Assembly: GCA_016748015.1 (NCBI GenBank)
Contig: JAAOMT010000275.1
Span: forward strand, 62,001-126,000
Source of the DNA: Geosiphon pyriformis uo1
Taxonomy: Eukaryota; Fungi; Glomeromycota
Direction: 5' to 3'
Length of the DNA: 64,000 nt
Shown: piece by piece, positions 1-14,610 of the stretch
Numbering within the stretch: the stretch's first letter is position 1
Layout: every line of letters starts with the position of its first letter
Made by a program: the position numbers and the translations under genes
The notes under the pieces: model-generated
What the model saw: only the letters and a program-made list of their open reading frames with translations
Databases searched by the model: none
What the model was told of the DNA's origin: nothing

Positions 1-303
1 ATTTTATATTCAATCTAACTATTTTATAATATTAAAAAACCAGAATTTTTATTATATTATACTTTTAAAAAATAGAACTACAGCACAATAACAAAATTTT
101 TATAATAATATTATAATTTTATTAGCTAAAATAACCAAAAATAGCAATATTTTAAATATATTTTTATTTGAATTTTTTTTTATTTGCTTTACAAGTGAGG
201 TTTAAACACTATCTAATGCTATATATCAAAGAAATGATCTAAACTAGGTGTAAATTATGTATTTTCTACATGTGACCAGCCACTTGGGCCAATCAGAATG
301 ACA

Positions 304-3300
304 CTACGCAACTATATAAACTAAAACTGAGTTACTCACACCTGAAAAAAATAAACAAGATTTGTGAAAGCCAAAACAAACACCAAAAGCATCAGTTACA
401 CTAAGCAATTTGACCATCTCAGCTGACAACCCTGAGGCCAAACCAGAAACCGAGATAAAAACCAAGTCATCAAGTGGAATCAACCCATATTTTTCCATAT
501 AAGCACAATGTTTAGTACAAACTGACCAGACATCACTTCTAAAAACCAGGCTAAGAGAGTGCACAAATTTGACAATCTCCAAGCCAGCAACTTTGGAGTC
601 ATAAAAAACAGCAACCACCTTATAAAACCAACCATCAAAAACAAAATCCTTATAAAGAACCATAGACAAAGATAAGTCAGAAGCACAAGATGACAATAAT
701 TGCAATATGTCTGAAGAAGAATATGTGAGACCAGAAGCTGCCTTTCAAGATTTCAGCAACTGACATCAAACAGAATCATCAATTCTGCAAGAAAACACAT
801 AATCTGATGTCTTTACATTACCATAATATAAGCACAACACACTTGGATATAGTCTATTATAAAGGCACTTCCGAACAGCAACTGGTAACTGGTGGTGCAA
901 AGCTTTCATAAAATAAGTACATGTATTAGCCAAGGGTTTGCTGGTAAAACTGGCGGCCATGTACAAGTCAGGGTGCCATACCAAAGATGAACAGAGCCAA
1001 TCAACCTCAGAAAGCAAACTGTTCACCAAAAACTTGGAACCAGAGCCAACCTCCCAGTGCACATGACAAACTGAGTGATAAATATCATGGACAAAATGTC
1101 TGGAATTGTCAGAAACAACACTGCCATTAGCCAATATGAAGTGTTTACCCAAGTGAGAAGGAAAATACCAACTAGAGAAAGAAGTTCCACTGGCTATTAC
1201 ATCTACATGCTCATTCTCTAAAACACTAGAGTGACCTTTAACTTTATGCCAACTGACCCTTAATTCTTACTGCAAATAATATTGACAATATGATGACATT
1301 CAACCCAACACTAATTACAAAAGTCAGAACACACCAGACCCAATTTTGACCTACAGGCATTCAGAGCAGATTGACTATCTGAGAACAATTTAACAGAGCT
1401 TAGCAAGGGAACACACTCCAGAGCCAGTGCAATAGCCTGCAACTTCATCAAAGTTAATGACATCAAACCTGACACACCAATACCCAAACTCACATCAATG
1501 TCTTTGAAAAAGGTAGTAGCACCAGTTCTACATCTAACTGTTTCCAAATTATTAAGGAACCCATCAGTATACACTGACAGACTGTCAGCATGCACTTGTG
1601 AGAAACAATCACAGACAGAAACAAAATCACAAAAATCAAGAATGTTCAAAGAATCAACACTGGTTAAAACTGAAGGATGAGTAAGAGAGGAACCTCCAAC
1701 ATTAAGAAACACCACAGAAAGCTTAAACCACTCAAGAACAGGACCACGGGGGTCTAATCTCTTCCAATACTTGAAGGTATGCCAATCAAAAACAGAACCA
1801 TGATGATCATGAAGTTGATCCACAAAGACAATACCATACTGCCAGAGAGAAGGAGAGAACTTGAGAAATTGGGATTTGTCCAGAATGTTTGACATAGGGA
1901 CCCTACCATAAAACCAAAAGAAATTGGCCAAAAAGCTGCCCAGAGACAAATTACAATCAAGAAGAATGCAAACCATGCCCACCAAAAAATTATTGGAAGC
2001 ATTGACATGAATATGAACAGGTGAGCTCAATGGATGAATAGGACACCAACACTGAACTTGCAAGTCATAAGATCTGTGAGAGAATAGATGACCCAAAATA
2101 CTACCAGAGTTCGCAAAACTAATTAGAGAGGCCATCTTGCTTTCAGACTGGACTTGAAAAAAAGTCTTCAAACCATAAAAGAAAAGGTGATGAATCATAT
2201 TACTAGAAAAGTCAAGTGACAAGCCAGATTTAAGCTTCAAGCCCTTTCAAATCATAGCATCCTACTTGTTATACACACCAACAGAAACAAAACTGAATTA
2301 CATCTTATAATTGACTATAAGATGAAGAACTGCTGAAACTAAATACAGGAGCTGCTTATTTGAGATAGTCTTTCTTAGAACCAGATTGGTAAAAAAACAA
2401 ACATCTAAATTCATCTTAGCCAAACTAGGCTTCGAGAGACTCTCAGTTAAGAAAAAAATACCCAAATATTGATGAAATTCACCCTTTTTTGCAATAGAGA
2501 TCAGTGATCTGCTAATGAAAAGAGAAGAATCATTGGCCCTGCTGTTGATGGGAATCACTACTGTTTTGTTATTATTAATAGAAATGTCATTGATTTGAAA
2601 GAATTTGCCAACAACATCAAAAATGTGTTGAATAGCCTTCTGATTGTCATCAATCTAAATTGTATCATTGACAAAGACACCAGCATCAAAAAAAAAAAGC
2701 CACTTTTGGAAATAAAATAAGAATTCAATCTATACCCACATATACTTTCTTGACACTTAACTTTACACAATAAAGGGTCATAAAATATGTGCCACAGAAG
2801 GGGGAAAAACACCTCTTCTTGGTTTAGACCATCATGCACACAATAGCCATTTGTCAAACCAAAATCTGTCATAACTCTGTTGGTGTGATCTCTATGAATA
2901 CCACTAAAGAAACAAATGAATTTGCTGCACATTTTGATCCTGACCAAACTCTTCTTCAGATGTTCCCAGCCAACTGAATTATATGCCTTCTGTATGTTTT
3001 GCAAAACCAGTCAAAGCTCTTGGTCCTTTTCCAAAGCATCCTTAATAACCAAACCAATAGCAAAAATGGAAGACTAAGTTGATGTACTCTTCAAAACCAA
3101 AAAATTGTCCCCATGAAGAACATCAAAAGTGCTGTAAGCTAAAAAAATCCTGTTAGATAGTATCTTGGAAAGAATTTTGCAAGCTGTTTCAATTAAAGTA
3201 ATAGGATGGGTATTTGTTAAAACACCTTTTCACTTATATGGTTTGGGAATTATTAAGACCCAAGCCTCTTTTCAAGGGCTGAACACAAATTCATTAGACA

Positions 3301-4954
3301 AACAGGAGTTTAAAAGCACCAAAAACATATCCAAAACTGACTTATTACAGTATTTCTAGAGCTTATTCAACACACCTAAGAGACCAGCAGCTTTGCTATC
3401 AAATAGATCAGAAACTACATTAGCCAACTCATCAAATTTAATCGAACACATGACTTCAGAAAAAGTCTTATGAAAAACATACTCTAATGGTTAATATTGG
3501 CAGTGCCATTTACCAGAGATGTTATCTACTACTTTGTGCTTCCTTGTCCAACTCTCCATGATCACATTTACTTTAGCCTTAACCAAATCAGGTTCCAAAA
3601 TCAAATTGTTATCAACCACCAGATGATCAAGTGTCACTTTGCAAAAGGAACATTTTAGTACACTTCTGATTGTATAACCTTTATCAACCTCAAAGCTTTC
3701 CATTCTTCTATCAATAGCAGATCTGATGTTTGCCTCTTTAGCCCTCAGAAATTCAGCAAGCTTGGTGGCACAATAAAACTTTCTAGCACCAAAAAGAGCA
3801 GAATAGATATGATCAAATCCAGTGCCAGAGTTTACAATATCTTGAACGACTGAAGCCTTAATATTGTCTAAAAAAATTCAGCATCTCATAAGAGAATCGA
3901 AATTCACAATACTTTTTTCATGAGAGACCTTAACAATCTTGAAAACCAAAAGCTCCAACCTGTGAAATCTCAAAGATTTTTTGGTGAAAACATCATCAAA
4001 GCCTCTGAACCATTTTTTCTTAAACACCTTATTAGCCAACAGAATCATTATTTTGCGAATGATATTTCACATTGCATCCAGATCTGAAAATCTAGCAGAG
4101 GTGGGAAACACATTTGAGAACATCACAGCATTGGCTGATGTAGCACCTTTGAAATTGTTCTATTTATTCTTATCAATACCTTTGAACTCGAACTTCGACT
4201 GATCCCTATTCACTTGCTTGTGAAGAGAATTCAACTGCTTGTCCAAAAGTCTACCCAAACCCACAGACATAAAAACAGTCTAATAGTCAGTATTAAAAAA
4301 TTTACCAATATCAGACATCTCACAATTCACCACAGCATTAACCAAGTTCAAAGAAATAAACAAGAAATCGATAGTCTTGACCACACCCCAAGAGTTAGCC
4401 CATATAGACTTATTAACACAAAAACTTCTATTTAAAGAATTGACCAAACCAAGATCTAGACATTTTTTGAAACTAGTATATCTTTGGGAGCCATCTTTAT
4501 TGAAATCACTACCCAAAACCACAAAAGAGGATTCATTGACTGCCTTAGCTATCATAGAATTGATATCATTAGACTGAGAGAAATAAACAGCTAAGAACGC
4601 CCCAGCATAAAGCCCCAAAATTGACACAGAAAGTTTATTTTTAAATAACAGTTTGACTGAAAAGAGTTGACCAGACACCTCAGAAATCTTACTAACATGA
4701 CGAGTTAGAGAAGTGTTCATAATTATTATGAACCCAGCACCAAGAAAGCCCTTGTCCAACCCAGACAAAAAAACCCTAACATTATTGAACTTATTCCTAA
4801 TCCAAGACCTGTTGCTAGATCTTAGCTTAGTTTCTGTAATTATCAAAACCAAATTCCCAGAATCTCTATATTAATGGATAATATCTTTTTGCTTGATAGG
4901 GACATTGATACCATAAACATTACATGTTGCAAATTTCCACACAAATTCACTCAT
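304..4954 (-). pseudogene. LINE A ORF2: endonuclease, reverse transcriptase, RNase H, C-terminal Cys/His knuckle; many stops and frameshifts
   Basis: APE motifs TETK, GSDFN, TIDF and TDY. RT motifs QKAYNSV, GLNQEE..PLLW and YLG. RNase H motifs VYTDG, LQAIALALE and SDSQSAL. C-terminal CLYYG...DYVFSC. Confidence 0.9.
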
Positions 4955-6554
4955 TAGGGAGCAAAAAAAATTGACAAACTCAAGCCTAAACACAAATGAT
5001 CTAATCTTTCCAAAACAGATTCAACTGACACCTCTAAAGCCACCATCTTGAACTCTAATCTGCTCACCTTGGTGGTTAAAACTTTAGAACTACTTGAACT
5101 TAGATCAACAATCAAATCAGCAACAACTGAAAAAGAGAAAGGATGAGACACTGTTGTATTATCAAGAGCCATATCTGAATTCATATTAGTTGTAACAGAC
5201 ACAACAACAACCAGAGAAGATATATGGGGACTGGACACCAGAAGCACCAATTTTACAAAACTCAATTTATTCAAAATATCCGAAACCTTATCTGCTAAAA
5301 GCTTTAAAGAGCACTCTAGAGAAGCCAATCAATCAACCAAACAGGAATTACTAAGGGAGTTAGAAACCAATGGGACAGAGTTTGCACTTGAAGATGAGCC
5401 AAAACCAGAAGAATTCAATGAAACCACCCAAGAAGAAGAATTACTAGCCACTTGGACCCAAGTTTTCTCACCAAAAGAAACTGGGTGAACAATTGACACT
5501 TGCTTTTTTTTATATATGTTTGCCAAATAGACCCGATCCTGAGGAGTTACCACCCGCTTACCACAAGCACTAGAATTTCTACTCAATGAACATTCTATAG
5601 AGATATGACCAAAGTGTTTGCAATGGGTACAATGGGCTAGAGAAAGACCAGCCCAGCACAAATTCACACCCTTAAATACTAGAATAGAACCAATAGCAGC
5701 TAATTTAAAAGTCTTATCAACAAAATACACAATTGCACATCTATCATGTACATATAAGCTGGGATTACGGCCAATAAAACATGTCTTTCTACCATATGAT
5801 TCCAACAAATCAGAAAGACCATAAGCTATTATACCAACAGGAAGAGTATAAAGCAATGCCTAATAATAATCTCTCACTACTCATGATTTTTTGTCATTTA
5901 CTGCAAATATAACATGAACAGAATCTTTATCCATGAGAACTGACCATTTAGAAGCAACCAAGCTAGCCATATCTGATGACTCAAATTCCACTAAAGCTTT
6001 TTGCCAAAGCCCAATTAGTTGCATTCTAATCAAAATCACCTGACCAAATTTAGAGAACACTGACTCAATCACTGATCTAAGAAAATCTATTGGGATCTCC
6101 TTGACAATCACCTCCCGATTTGAACAGCTGTTTACTTTTTTTAGATTATCATTAACAATAATTTTTTCACAGATTGCCAATTTTTTTGCCATTTTCATAC
6201 TAAACTCAGATGTAAATGAAGCTCTAATGATCTCTGGGAATTTTGAGGAAGTTAATGCTCTCCCAAAACCATCAATTTGATAAAAAATTTTTTTGATTGC
6301 AATCAACTTATCACTATTAATTTTTCCAGGCACAGCAGATAACTCAACATCCAATGCAAACAATTTTACTGACTCAAAGCTCTTTTTTTCCAAAACACGT
6401 AACTCAACAAGTGACAGCTGATTGGACCCAACAAATTTAGCCTCAGAAAGTACTATTTCAGTATTGTCGTCACTCAAATTTCTGAAAAACGGTGCTTTTG
6501 GCAGCTGTTTCAAGATATAAGTCCTTGTACGTGTTTTTCTAAGAGTTGCATCAT
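4951..6554 (-). pseudogene. LINE A ORF1, C-terminal part (RRM-like repeats, CCHC knuckle, coiled coil)
   Basis: VIVKEIPIDF..VFSKFG..WQKALVEF, CTHCKHFGHISIEC and LEFKMVALE heptads. Homologous to ORF1 of B, C and E. Confidence 0.85.
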
Positions 6555-7541
6555 TGTTACCAGACAAAATTAGAGATATTGTTTAGCATGAAATTATCTT
6601 TATAATTCCTATCATTAATTAGCATATATTATTGTTTCAAATTATCACTTATTACATTAGCAAAATGTCTGAAATTATTATTTAATTAATAACTCAATTG
6701 GTATATAACACAAATATAACCTAAGTGCAATGATCAATCATGCAATATCCTGAAATATGTAACATTCAAAAGTTTGCCGAAATTAATAGAAATTTGCCAA
6801 AATAATTAATAGTTCACCAAAATATCTAATAGTTCGCAGAAATAACTTGTAATTTGCCGAAATGTATCTTTAGTTTAGCAAAATTGTAGAAAAAAGCAAA
6901 GTTCAAGTTCATAGAATAGTGTTATGACAAGTTGTATAAAAAAAGAGCTTCTCTCTTCGAGAAAATATATTTTACTTCAGATTTAACAATTAGAATCATC
7001 TTTTACACACAAAAACAAACTAAATATTAAATAAATTTGAAAAAACCAAATTTTTTAAATTATTGCACTTAGAAAATTCTAAAAACCCAACTAACATTTT
7101 GAAATTGATTAGCTACCAATTTCAATAAACTGTTAGTGACTCCAGGCCTGGATTGAAAACAATTTTCTTGACAGAATTCAATTTTCTTTTACATTTTTTT
7201 TATTTTTTTTTATTTTTTTATTATAATCATTAGGGTAACCTACAAACAAGGTTCCTGTAGAAGAGTTGACTTTTACAGCAAAGTAACTACACATTTTTTA
7301 GTGAGCTTTCAGATGAGCAATTTCTGGGAAAGAGTTGACATTTACTACAATGTAACTACACAAAGCAACTGGCATGAAATTAGCCATTCCACTTATAAGC
7401 CCAGCAGTTCAAATTATAGGAGATAATTTGAAGATAAATTCAGTTATCAGAGGTTCAAACACTTCACATAGTCGTGAATTAACAGCATTACAATAAACAT
7501 ACAAGAGCTAAAAAGAGACCAAAAAAAAACCTCCGGTAACA
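6555..7541 (+). repeat. 5' LTR, family A copy 1
   Basis: Direct repeat of 15299-16285; TGTTAC...GTAACA; TATA-like GTATAAAA near 6933. Confidence 0.95.
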
Positions 7542-7543
7542 TT

Positions 7544-7561
7544 TGGTGCTCTTCCATGGAA
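7544..7561 (+). promoter_or_regulatory. Primer-binding site (TGGTGCTCTTCC...)
   Basis: TGG 2 nt after the LTR end, complementary to a tRNA 3' end ...GGAAGAGC-A-CCA. The tRNA identity is not determinable here. Confidence 0.8.
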
Positions 7562-7587
7562 ATAACACAGCAACAACAACTTCAAAA

Positions 7588-10500
7588 GTGGTGACTCAAA
7601 CAGATTCAAGAACTTTAGAGTATTATCAATCAATCTACATCCACTACAAGCAGAGATTTAACATCCCAGATGGAATTGAAACATTCAAGAAAACACTTTA
7701 CCAGTACATTGAAAATCATATCAACAATTGTCTTTTTGGAGACTACAACATTTCAGAAGTTAGACACAACTTATATGAAAGCTTAGTACATCACTCTCAT
7801 CTAAACACTCAGAATTTTAACAGTCAAACACTTGAAACATATTTTCAAGAACTCAACTTCAATATTATTCAGTATTGTGAAGAAAATTACCCAGTAAAAC
7901 AGAAATTTTCTCTTGGTTTTGAATCAGAAACAGAAAAAGGAAAAAGAAAAAGGAAACAAAAACTCAGAACTACTCCCAATACACCTAAAATCACTGCCAA
8001 ACATTTACAAACTCCAGAACAAAGAACCAGCTTTAAATTACCACTCTCAATCACACCATTTCTAGCTTTATTTGCTCAACCACAAACACCAAGCTCACCA
8101 CTTATTTGGTTTTTAAGAATAGAAGATTTTCAGTCACCCAAAAGCCCTATTCAACAACAGGAACCAATATTAACCAGCACAAATCTTATTGACTACTTAG
8201 CAGAAAATCGAAGTGAAAAGACCAAATCAGAACAAGAAACAGAAGACTCAGAAAACAAAGAAGAAATGGCCTCCACATATATCGCAAAAATTTCTGAGTT
8301 CACAGAAGAAGACAGCGAAACCAGTCCTCAAAAATGGCTTGACAAAGTTTCAAAAGCAGGAGATGTAAATGGTTGGAATACCGCCAGAATGTTAAAAGCA
8401 ATTCCATACTTCTTACAAAGAATGGCCGGTGAATGGTTTGAAAACTTGAAAGCCTCATCAGAACACTGGGAAGCATTCAAAACTGCTTTTCTAGAACAGT
8501 TTACTGACAATAACACTTTCATCACCCTTCAAAATCAGTTCCGAAATATCAAGCAAGAACCAAGTAAATCAGTTATGACCTATCTTGGGAAATTTAACAA
8601 ACTGCTTAGAAGAATTTGGCAATTGGAAACCAATGAATACTACTCCAATGCACAAATCTTGGATCAATTCATTGCTGGACTAAAAGACAAACTTATCAAG
8701 AAAGTTTGTCCATATGCACCAGAAGATTTAGCCACTGCTATTTAACAGGCAAAAAACTATGAAATGGCCATGAAAGAAGCCAACTGTACCAAACTTGTTA
8801 ACCTGGCTATTGGAGAAACCAGCTCAGCAGCTGAAGAAAACATTAACCAATTAACCAAGAAAGTTGAAAACTATTTCACTAACCAACAACAACAACAGCA
8901 ATCCCAAAGATATCAACTACTCCAAAGATGAAATCAAAATAACTTTGCACTATTTTCTAATAACCAGCCTCAGAATTGCCATTACTGTAGAATCCCTGAC
9001 CACTGGAAAAGAGATTGCAGAAAGCTACAACAAGACCAACAAAACAGGAGTAATTAACATTACCCTTTACCACAACAATCTTATTATCAACTGCCACCAC
9101 CAGCTTATTATCTACTAAGACCCCAATACCAAAGTAACTATTATTAGCCCGCCTCACAGCCAACCCAACAGCAATACCAACAACCATCCACACAACATTA
9201 TCAAGTGTCTGCTTAAAGATTGATTTCACAAAATCAGTTCACACCACAAAACTGATACCAAATAAACAACAATAGAATCAATTCGAACAACTAATTGGTT
9301 CCCTGAAATTCAGCTCAACCAAAACCCAACCACTATTATACTCAACCTAGTTATCTTACGATATCAGAAGAACAGAATTTTCACCATACTGCACTCTTAA
9401 AAGGTAGAACTGCAGCACAACAACAAAATCCTTCCTATATTCTTATTACAATCCCACCAGCCAGAATTGCTGAAAACACCAATCTTTCAAATATATTCCT
9501 TTTCGAATTTGAAGCAAATGAATCACCATTCTTGCTTAGCAATACAGTGGCTAACGAGCAAAAAGCCATCACTGCAATGTACACAGAAGCTAAAGCAGAA
9601 GGAAAGCCAATTCGCTTAATCCTAGACAGTAGATCTGCTGGAAGCATCATCACATATCAATTAATGCAGCAGTTAAAAAAAAATGTTGACCAACCAGCTC
9701 AGACAATCATTGTTACTACTAATGACATGAAAAAGACTCCAGTAGAAGAAATTGACAACTTCTTATTTACAATTGATGAAATTACTATTCTAGTCAAAGT
9801 TCTGGTCATGGATGCTCCCCAATACTAAGCTTTCGTTGGAAATGATTGGCTCCAAAAAGCCAATGCTAATCTGAATTGGGAGACACAAAAGTTAACAATC
9901 TCCTACCAAGGACAACATACCTGGATACCTGCCACTTGTGGTACATTCAACAAACGCTCCGAAAAAGCCCCAGCTTTTGAATTCGAACCGGAAGAAAAAA
10001 AACCCATCATTGAAACATTTATGGCACTAAAATCAACCTCCAATTGGGCTGATGAAACTGAACAACAGTATTTTTCAACAAACAATTCTCTTGAAACAAA
10101 AGAACCAGTGACACCCAGATAGAATGTCCCCTATTCAAAACCAGAACCATGAAAACAATGCCCTTACATTCCACTCAAATGCAAAGATTGCCACAAGAAA
10201 CTCTCATTAATGGGAGCTTGTATTTCACCTGAGAAAGAATACGGAAACCATACCTGTTACTATTGCAAATTCTACCACCAAAAATGATGGGGACACCTAG
10301 TCAAAAGAAGTGAAAAATGGGATGGAACACCTAGTTTGACTTGTGGAAAATGATTACCTGATAAATGTGACTAAATTGATGTTGTATTTAAAGGAGGAGT
10401 CTGCAATCAAACTTGTCAATATGCTCTTTCTATTGCGGAAAAAGTAAAATGTGGAACATCTTTCAATGCTGCATACAACAGCACCCTCAGCAAACTCTAT

Positions 10501-13053
10501 CACTACCCCCATGATGCCGAAATGATTTACGAACTTGCCATGGTTTTAATTAATGGAGGAACCAAAGAAAATGTTCTTCAAATGAAGGAAGCTGAATATA
10601 TTGAATATACATTGGAATTAGCTGGATTCAATTATGAAGATGAAGTAGAAGTATACCACCAAATCACAAGTCACACTTACCTAACCCAAAAAGCTCAAAT
10701 TTAATGATTAGAGCAAATGAACATTAAATTATGTGAGGAGTGTATAATGCCATGTGACAAACAATGGTGTCCTGAATGCTATGCTCTTAGCATTCCATTG
10801 CCCAGTGAAAGTGATAAATACAAAATTGAATTCAGAGAACCTGAAGCAACAGAAGAAATTGAAACAATACCCATTTACCTTATTGAAAATTAGCCTGCTT
10901 TACAACTCAAATACTTCAACAACAATGGACAAGGAATAAAACCAAAAAAAGCACATAAAATTGATGTTGAATATGATCTACAATATCCAGAAAAAGACAC
11001 TTTGGTTCTTCAACCAAATTCCCTTACCAAAATCAACCTCAAAATTGTCCTCAAAATCTCACCAGGAGCAATGATCCAAATTGCTTCACAATCATCATTG
11101 GCAAGCAAAGGAATCAATGTTAGAGAAGGAATCATAGATGCTGAATATACAGAAGATATTACAATCATGTTACAAAATGAAACCAATAAACTTTTTCAGA
11201 TTGAACATGCTGAAAAAATTGCTCAAGTTATTTATTTACTCTTAATTAACATTTTGGGTTTACAATTAGTCAGTCAAAGAGAACAATTGGGAAAAAGTGG
11301 AAGAGGAACCAATAGTTTTGGTTCAACTGGACGATTTACAGTTCCAGTAAACATAGCTTTTAATGAACAAAGTGAATCTCACCAGATTCTATGACTTCCA
11401 TAACCAATTACTATTTCACTCTTTGGAGAACACCCTGAAATTTACACTTGTGAAAAGCCAACAACCACACAACAAATTTTTGAGTCCAACAAACAAGTCT
11501 GCTTGGAACATAATATCTCAATCCCAAACATTTATATTCTAGAAGAAACAAAGAAAGTCCGAGTTATTTTTTACAATCCCAACAATTATCCCATAGTTTT
11601 ATTAAATAACTTAGAAATTGGAGTCATTTACAGTAACATCTTTCAACAAGAACTACCCCAAATAGTTCCCAATTTCTCGGAAATCATTGGACATTTACTA
11701 CCAAAAATCAACCCAAACCCCAGCTCTGAAAACTACCATGTTGTTATGGAAAAACTATTATACCAAATCTATACAGAAGATGCCAAACCAAGACAACAGT
11801 AAGCCTACCAAGTTGCTCCAGAAAGTCACCAATTTATCCGCGAAGAAGTACAACGGATGCTCAACAATGGGCTTATTCAACCATTAATAAGTCCATGGGC
11901 TTCACTTGTGGTCTTAGTTAAAAAGAAAAATGGAAAGATACAATTTTGTGTTGATTATTGACAACTCAACAGTGTCATTATTGGAGATGTCTACCCTCTT
12001 TCCCGAATTGATGACATGCTAGATGCTCTTGGGAAGTTCAAATACTTTTCAACATTAAATTTAGAGAGTGGATACTGGCAAGTTGCTATGGATCCCAAAG
12101 ATCACCCCAAAACAGCATTCACTACTCAAAGAGGAAACTACGAGTTCAATGTAATGCCTTTTGGATTATGCAATACACCAGCAACATTCCAAAGACTCAT
12201 GGACATTGTTTACAAAGGCCTCCTTTAGAAATCAGTAGTTGTCTATCTCGATGATACTGATGTTTATTTACCATCTTTTGAATTACACTTAAAACACCTA
12301 CATAAAGTTTTTCAATGATTACGGAAAGCAGGATTAAAACTGAACATCGAAAAATGCTACTTCGGAAAAACAAGTTTGGCCTTTCTTGGTCACATTGTTA
12401 GCAAAGATGGAATTAAACCAGACCCTGGAAAAATCAGCACTGTCAAAAACTTCAAGACTTCACAAAATACCACAGAATTAAAAGGATTTATTGGATTAGC
12501 ATCTTATTACTGAAAATTTATTAAAGGATTCTCAGAAATTGCAAAACCTCTCAACCAGCTTACTACTAAAAATGTCAAATACAAATGGACAGAAGAACAC
12601 CAAAAAACTTTTAAAATTCTCAAGGAAAAGCTGACAACAGCTCCAATTCTTGCCTATCCAGACTTCAATAACCAATTTCAACTAGCTATAGATGCTTTTT
12701 ATACTGTTTTTGGTGCCATCTTATTACAATTAGATGACAATAAAAATAAGCGAGTAATTGCTTATGTTAGCAAAACATTAAAACCAGCCGAGAAAAACTA
12801 CTTTGTCACAGAACTAGAAACAGCAGCCGTAATTTGGGCCTTACACCACTTCAACCTTTATCTCAGGTCTAAAGAATTTAATATTATCACTAATAATATT
12901 GGACTCAAATGGCTTCAGAACAAAAACACCCAACTGAATGCAAAACAAACCTGATGGACAGGATTTTTAGCCAACTACCAATACATTGTACACCACAAAC
13001 CAGGAAAACTCCACACCAACATTGATTGTCTTTTAAGAATGAGGCAAGATTAG
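7588..13053 (+). pseudogene. gag-pol polyprotein: N-terminal extension, capsid, CCHC knuckle, aspartic protease, Cys-rich domain, dUTPase, RT, RNase H (disrupted)
   Basis: Capsid WLDKV...AGEWF...FLEQF, CHYC..HW..DC, LILDSRSAGS (DSG decayed), dUTPase GFGSTG-like motif, RT SGYWQ/MPFGL/YLDD, and RNase H DA..ELE. Ends at RMRQD*. Confidence 0.9.
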
Positions 13054-13102
13054 AAAACAAAACCAACACCTATTTGAATTAACAGCAACAAAACAACAGA
13101 TA

Positions 13103-14488
13103 ATAAACCCCGAAAACTACAACAATCTTAAACAATATTTGAAGACATTAACAATCCCAACAGATTGGTCCCCAGATGAAAAACATTGGTTACAACAACA
13201 AGCCAAACAATACTTCTTACACAACAATATTATTTATTATTGAAACTTCAGAAACCCAGACAATCCGTTCAGATTAATACAAGAACATAAAAAAGAAACC
13301 ATTTTATATAACATGCACTCAAACCCTTCATTAGTACACTTAGGAAAAGACAGCACTACTCAGAAAACACTAGAATATTACTTTTGGCCTCAAATAAGAA
13401 AAGACATTTATGAATACGTTAAGTCTTGTGATAGTTGTCAAAGAAAAAAAGGAGCTTGCCCTACAAAACCCTTAAACCCAATCAAAGTTGGACAGCCTTT
13501 TGACTGAGTTGGTATTGATTTAGTTAGACCACTATCTATCACAAACCAAGGAAACTATTATATTGTAGTAGCTGTAGACTATCTCACCAAATGGCCTAAA
13601 GCCAGAGCCATTTAACGAATAGATGTGAAATCAGTAGCAAACTTCATCTATGAAGACATTATTTGTAGACATGGGTGCCCAATAGAACTTTTATCTGATC
13701 AAGAAACACATTTTGTGAACAATTTAATCCAGGAAATTTGTGGACAATTTAATGTCAAGAGACTATTATCTTTGCCCTACTATCCACAAACAAATGGACT
13801 TGTAGAACGTTTCAACAGAACATTGTGTGAATCATTAGCCAAAGTCTCAACCAATTTTGAGTAAGAATAAGATCTCTTTATTCCATCAGTATTACTAGCA
13901 TATAGAACACTAAAACAAGATACCACAAAACACACACTATTTGATTTAACCTACGGAAAGACAGCAACATTACCAATTAATTTTACAATAGAAACATATC
14001 CAGTATAACCAATTAATAAAGACAACTTTCAGAAAATACTACAATGAAGGGCCTATACTCTGCTTAGCACATTGGAAGGAAAACGATGAATAGCAGCCAC
14101 CCATATTAAACACTTCTAAGCTCAACAAAAAGAATGGCATAACAACAAATTGCCTTTAGTTACCAATAAATTTAAAATCGGAAACAAAATTCTCTTACAC
14201 AGAACTAAAGCTAAAAAACAATGGAGTGAAAAATTTGAAAATAAATGGGATGGACTATTCTTTATCCATGAAGTCCTAAGCAATAGATCATACAAGCTAA
14301 GACTTGATGACAAAATCCTAGCAAAAATTGCACATGGAGATTGTTTGAAACACTATAATTTCAGACACAATCCTGAATCATTAATTCCACAAATTGGTAC
14401 ATATTCCTCTTTAATCAATCCCAAAGATATTCCCCAAAATTTAGAACCAATAGTTGTCATTGAACAACCTCCCAACTTGAACACTTAA
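13103..14488 (+). pseudogene. Integrase, separate ORF (start ATG decayed to ATA)
   Basis: HHCC region (MHS..HLG..YFWP..CDSCQ), GIDL, LSDQ, NGLVERFN and a GPF-like/SH3 tail. Same length (1386 nt) as 51082-52467. Confidence 0.9.
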
Positions 14489-14610
14489 CTTAAATTTATT
14501 ATTATAGTTATTTCCTTATAATTTAGAAACAATTTCACAAAAACAAAGCAAAAATAACATAAAAACCAATACACCAAAAATAATTTTCTTTTATTTTCAA
14601 ATCTCTTATA

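Noticed and set aside
151-181. TSD for LINE A (TTTGAATTT at 167-175 and 16796-16804)
   Set aside because: It is a short AT-rich match offset from the element end and cannot be told from chance.
6771-6884. CRISPR-like repeat-spacer arrays in the LTRs (also 20552-20643)
   Set aside because: Repeats of 13-16 bp and spacers of 7 nt are far too short, there are no cas genes, and the context is a eukaryotic LTR U3.
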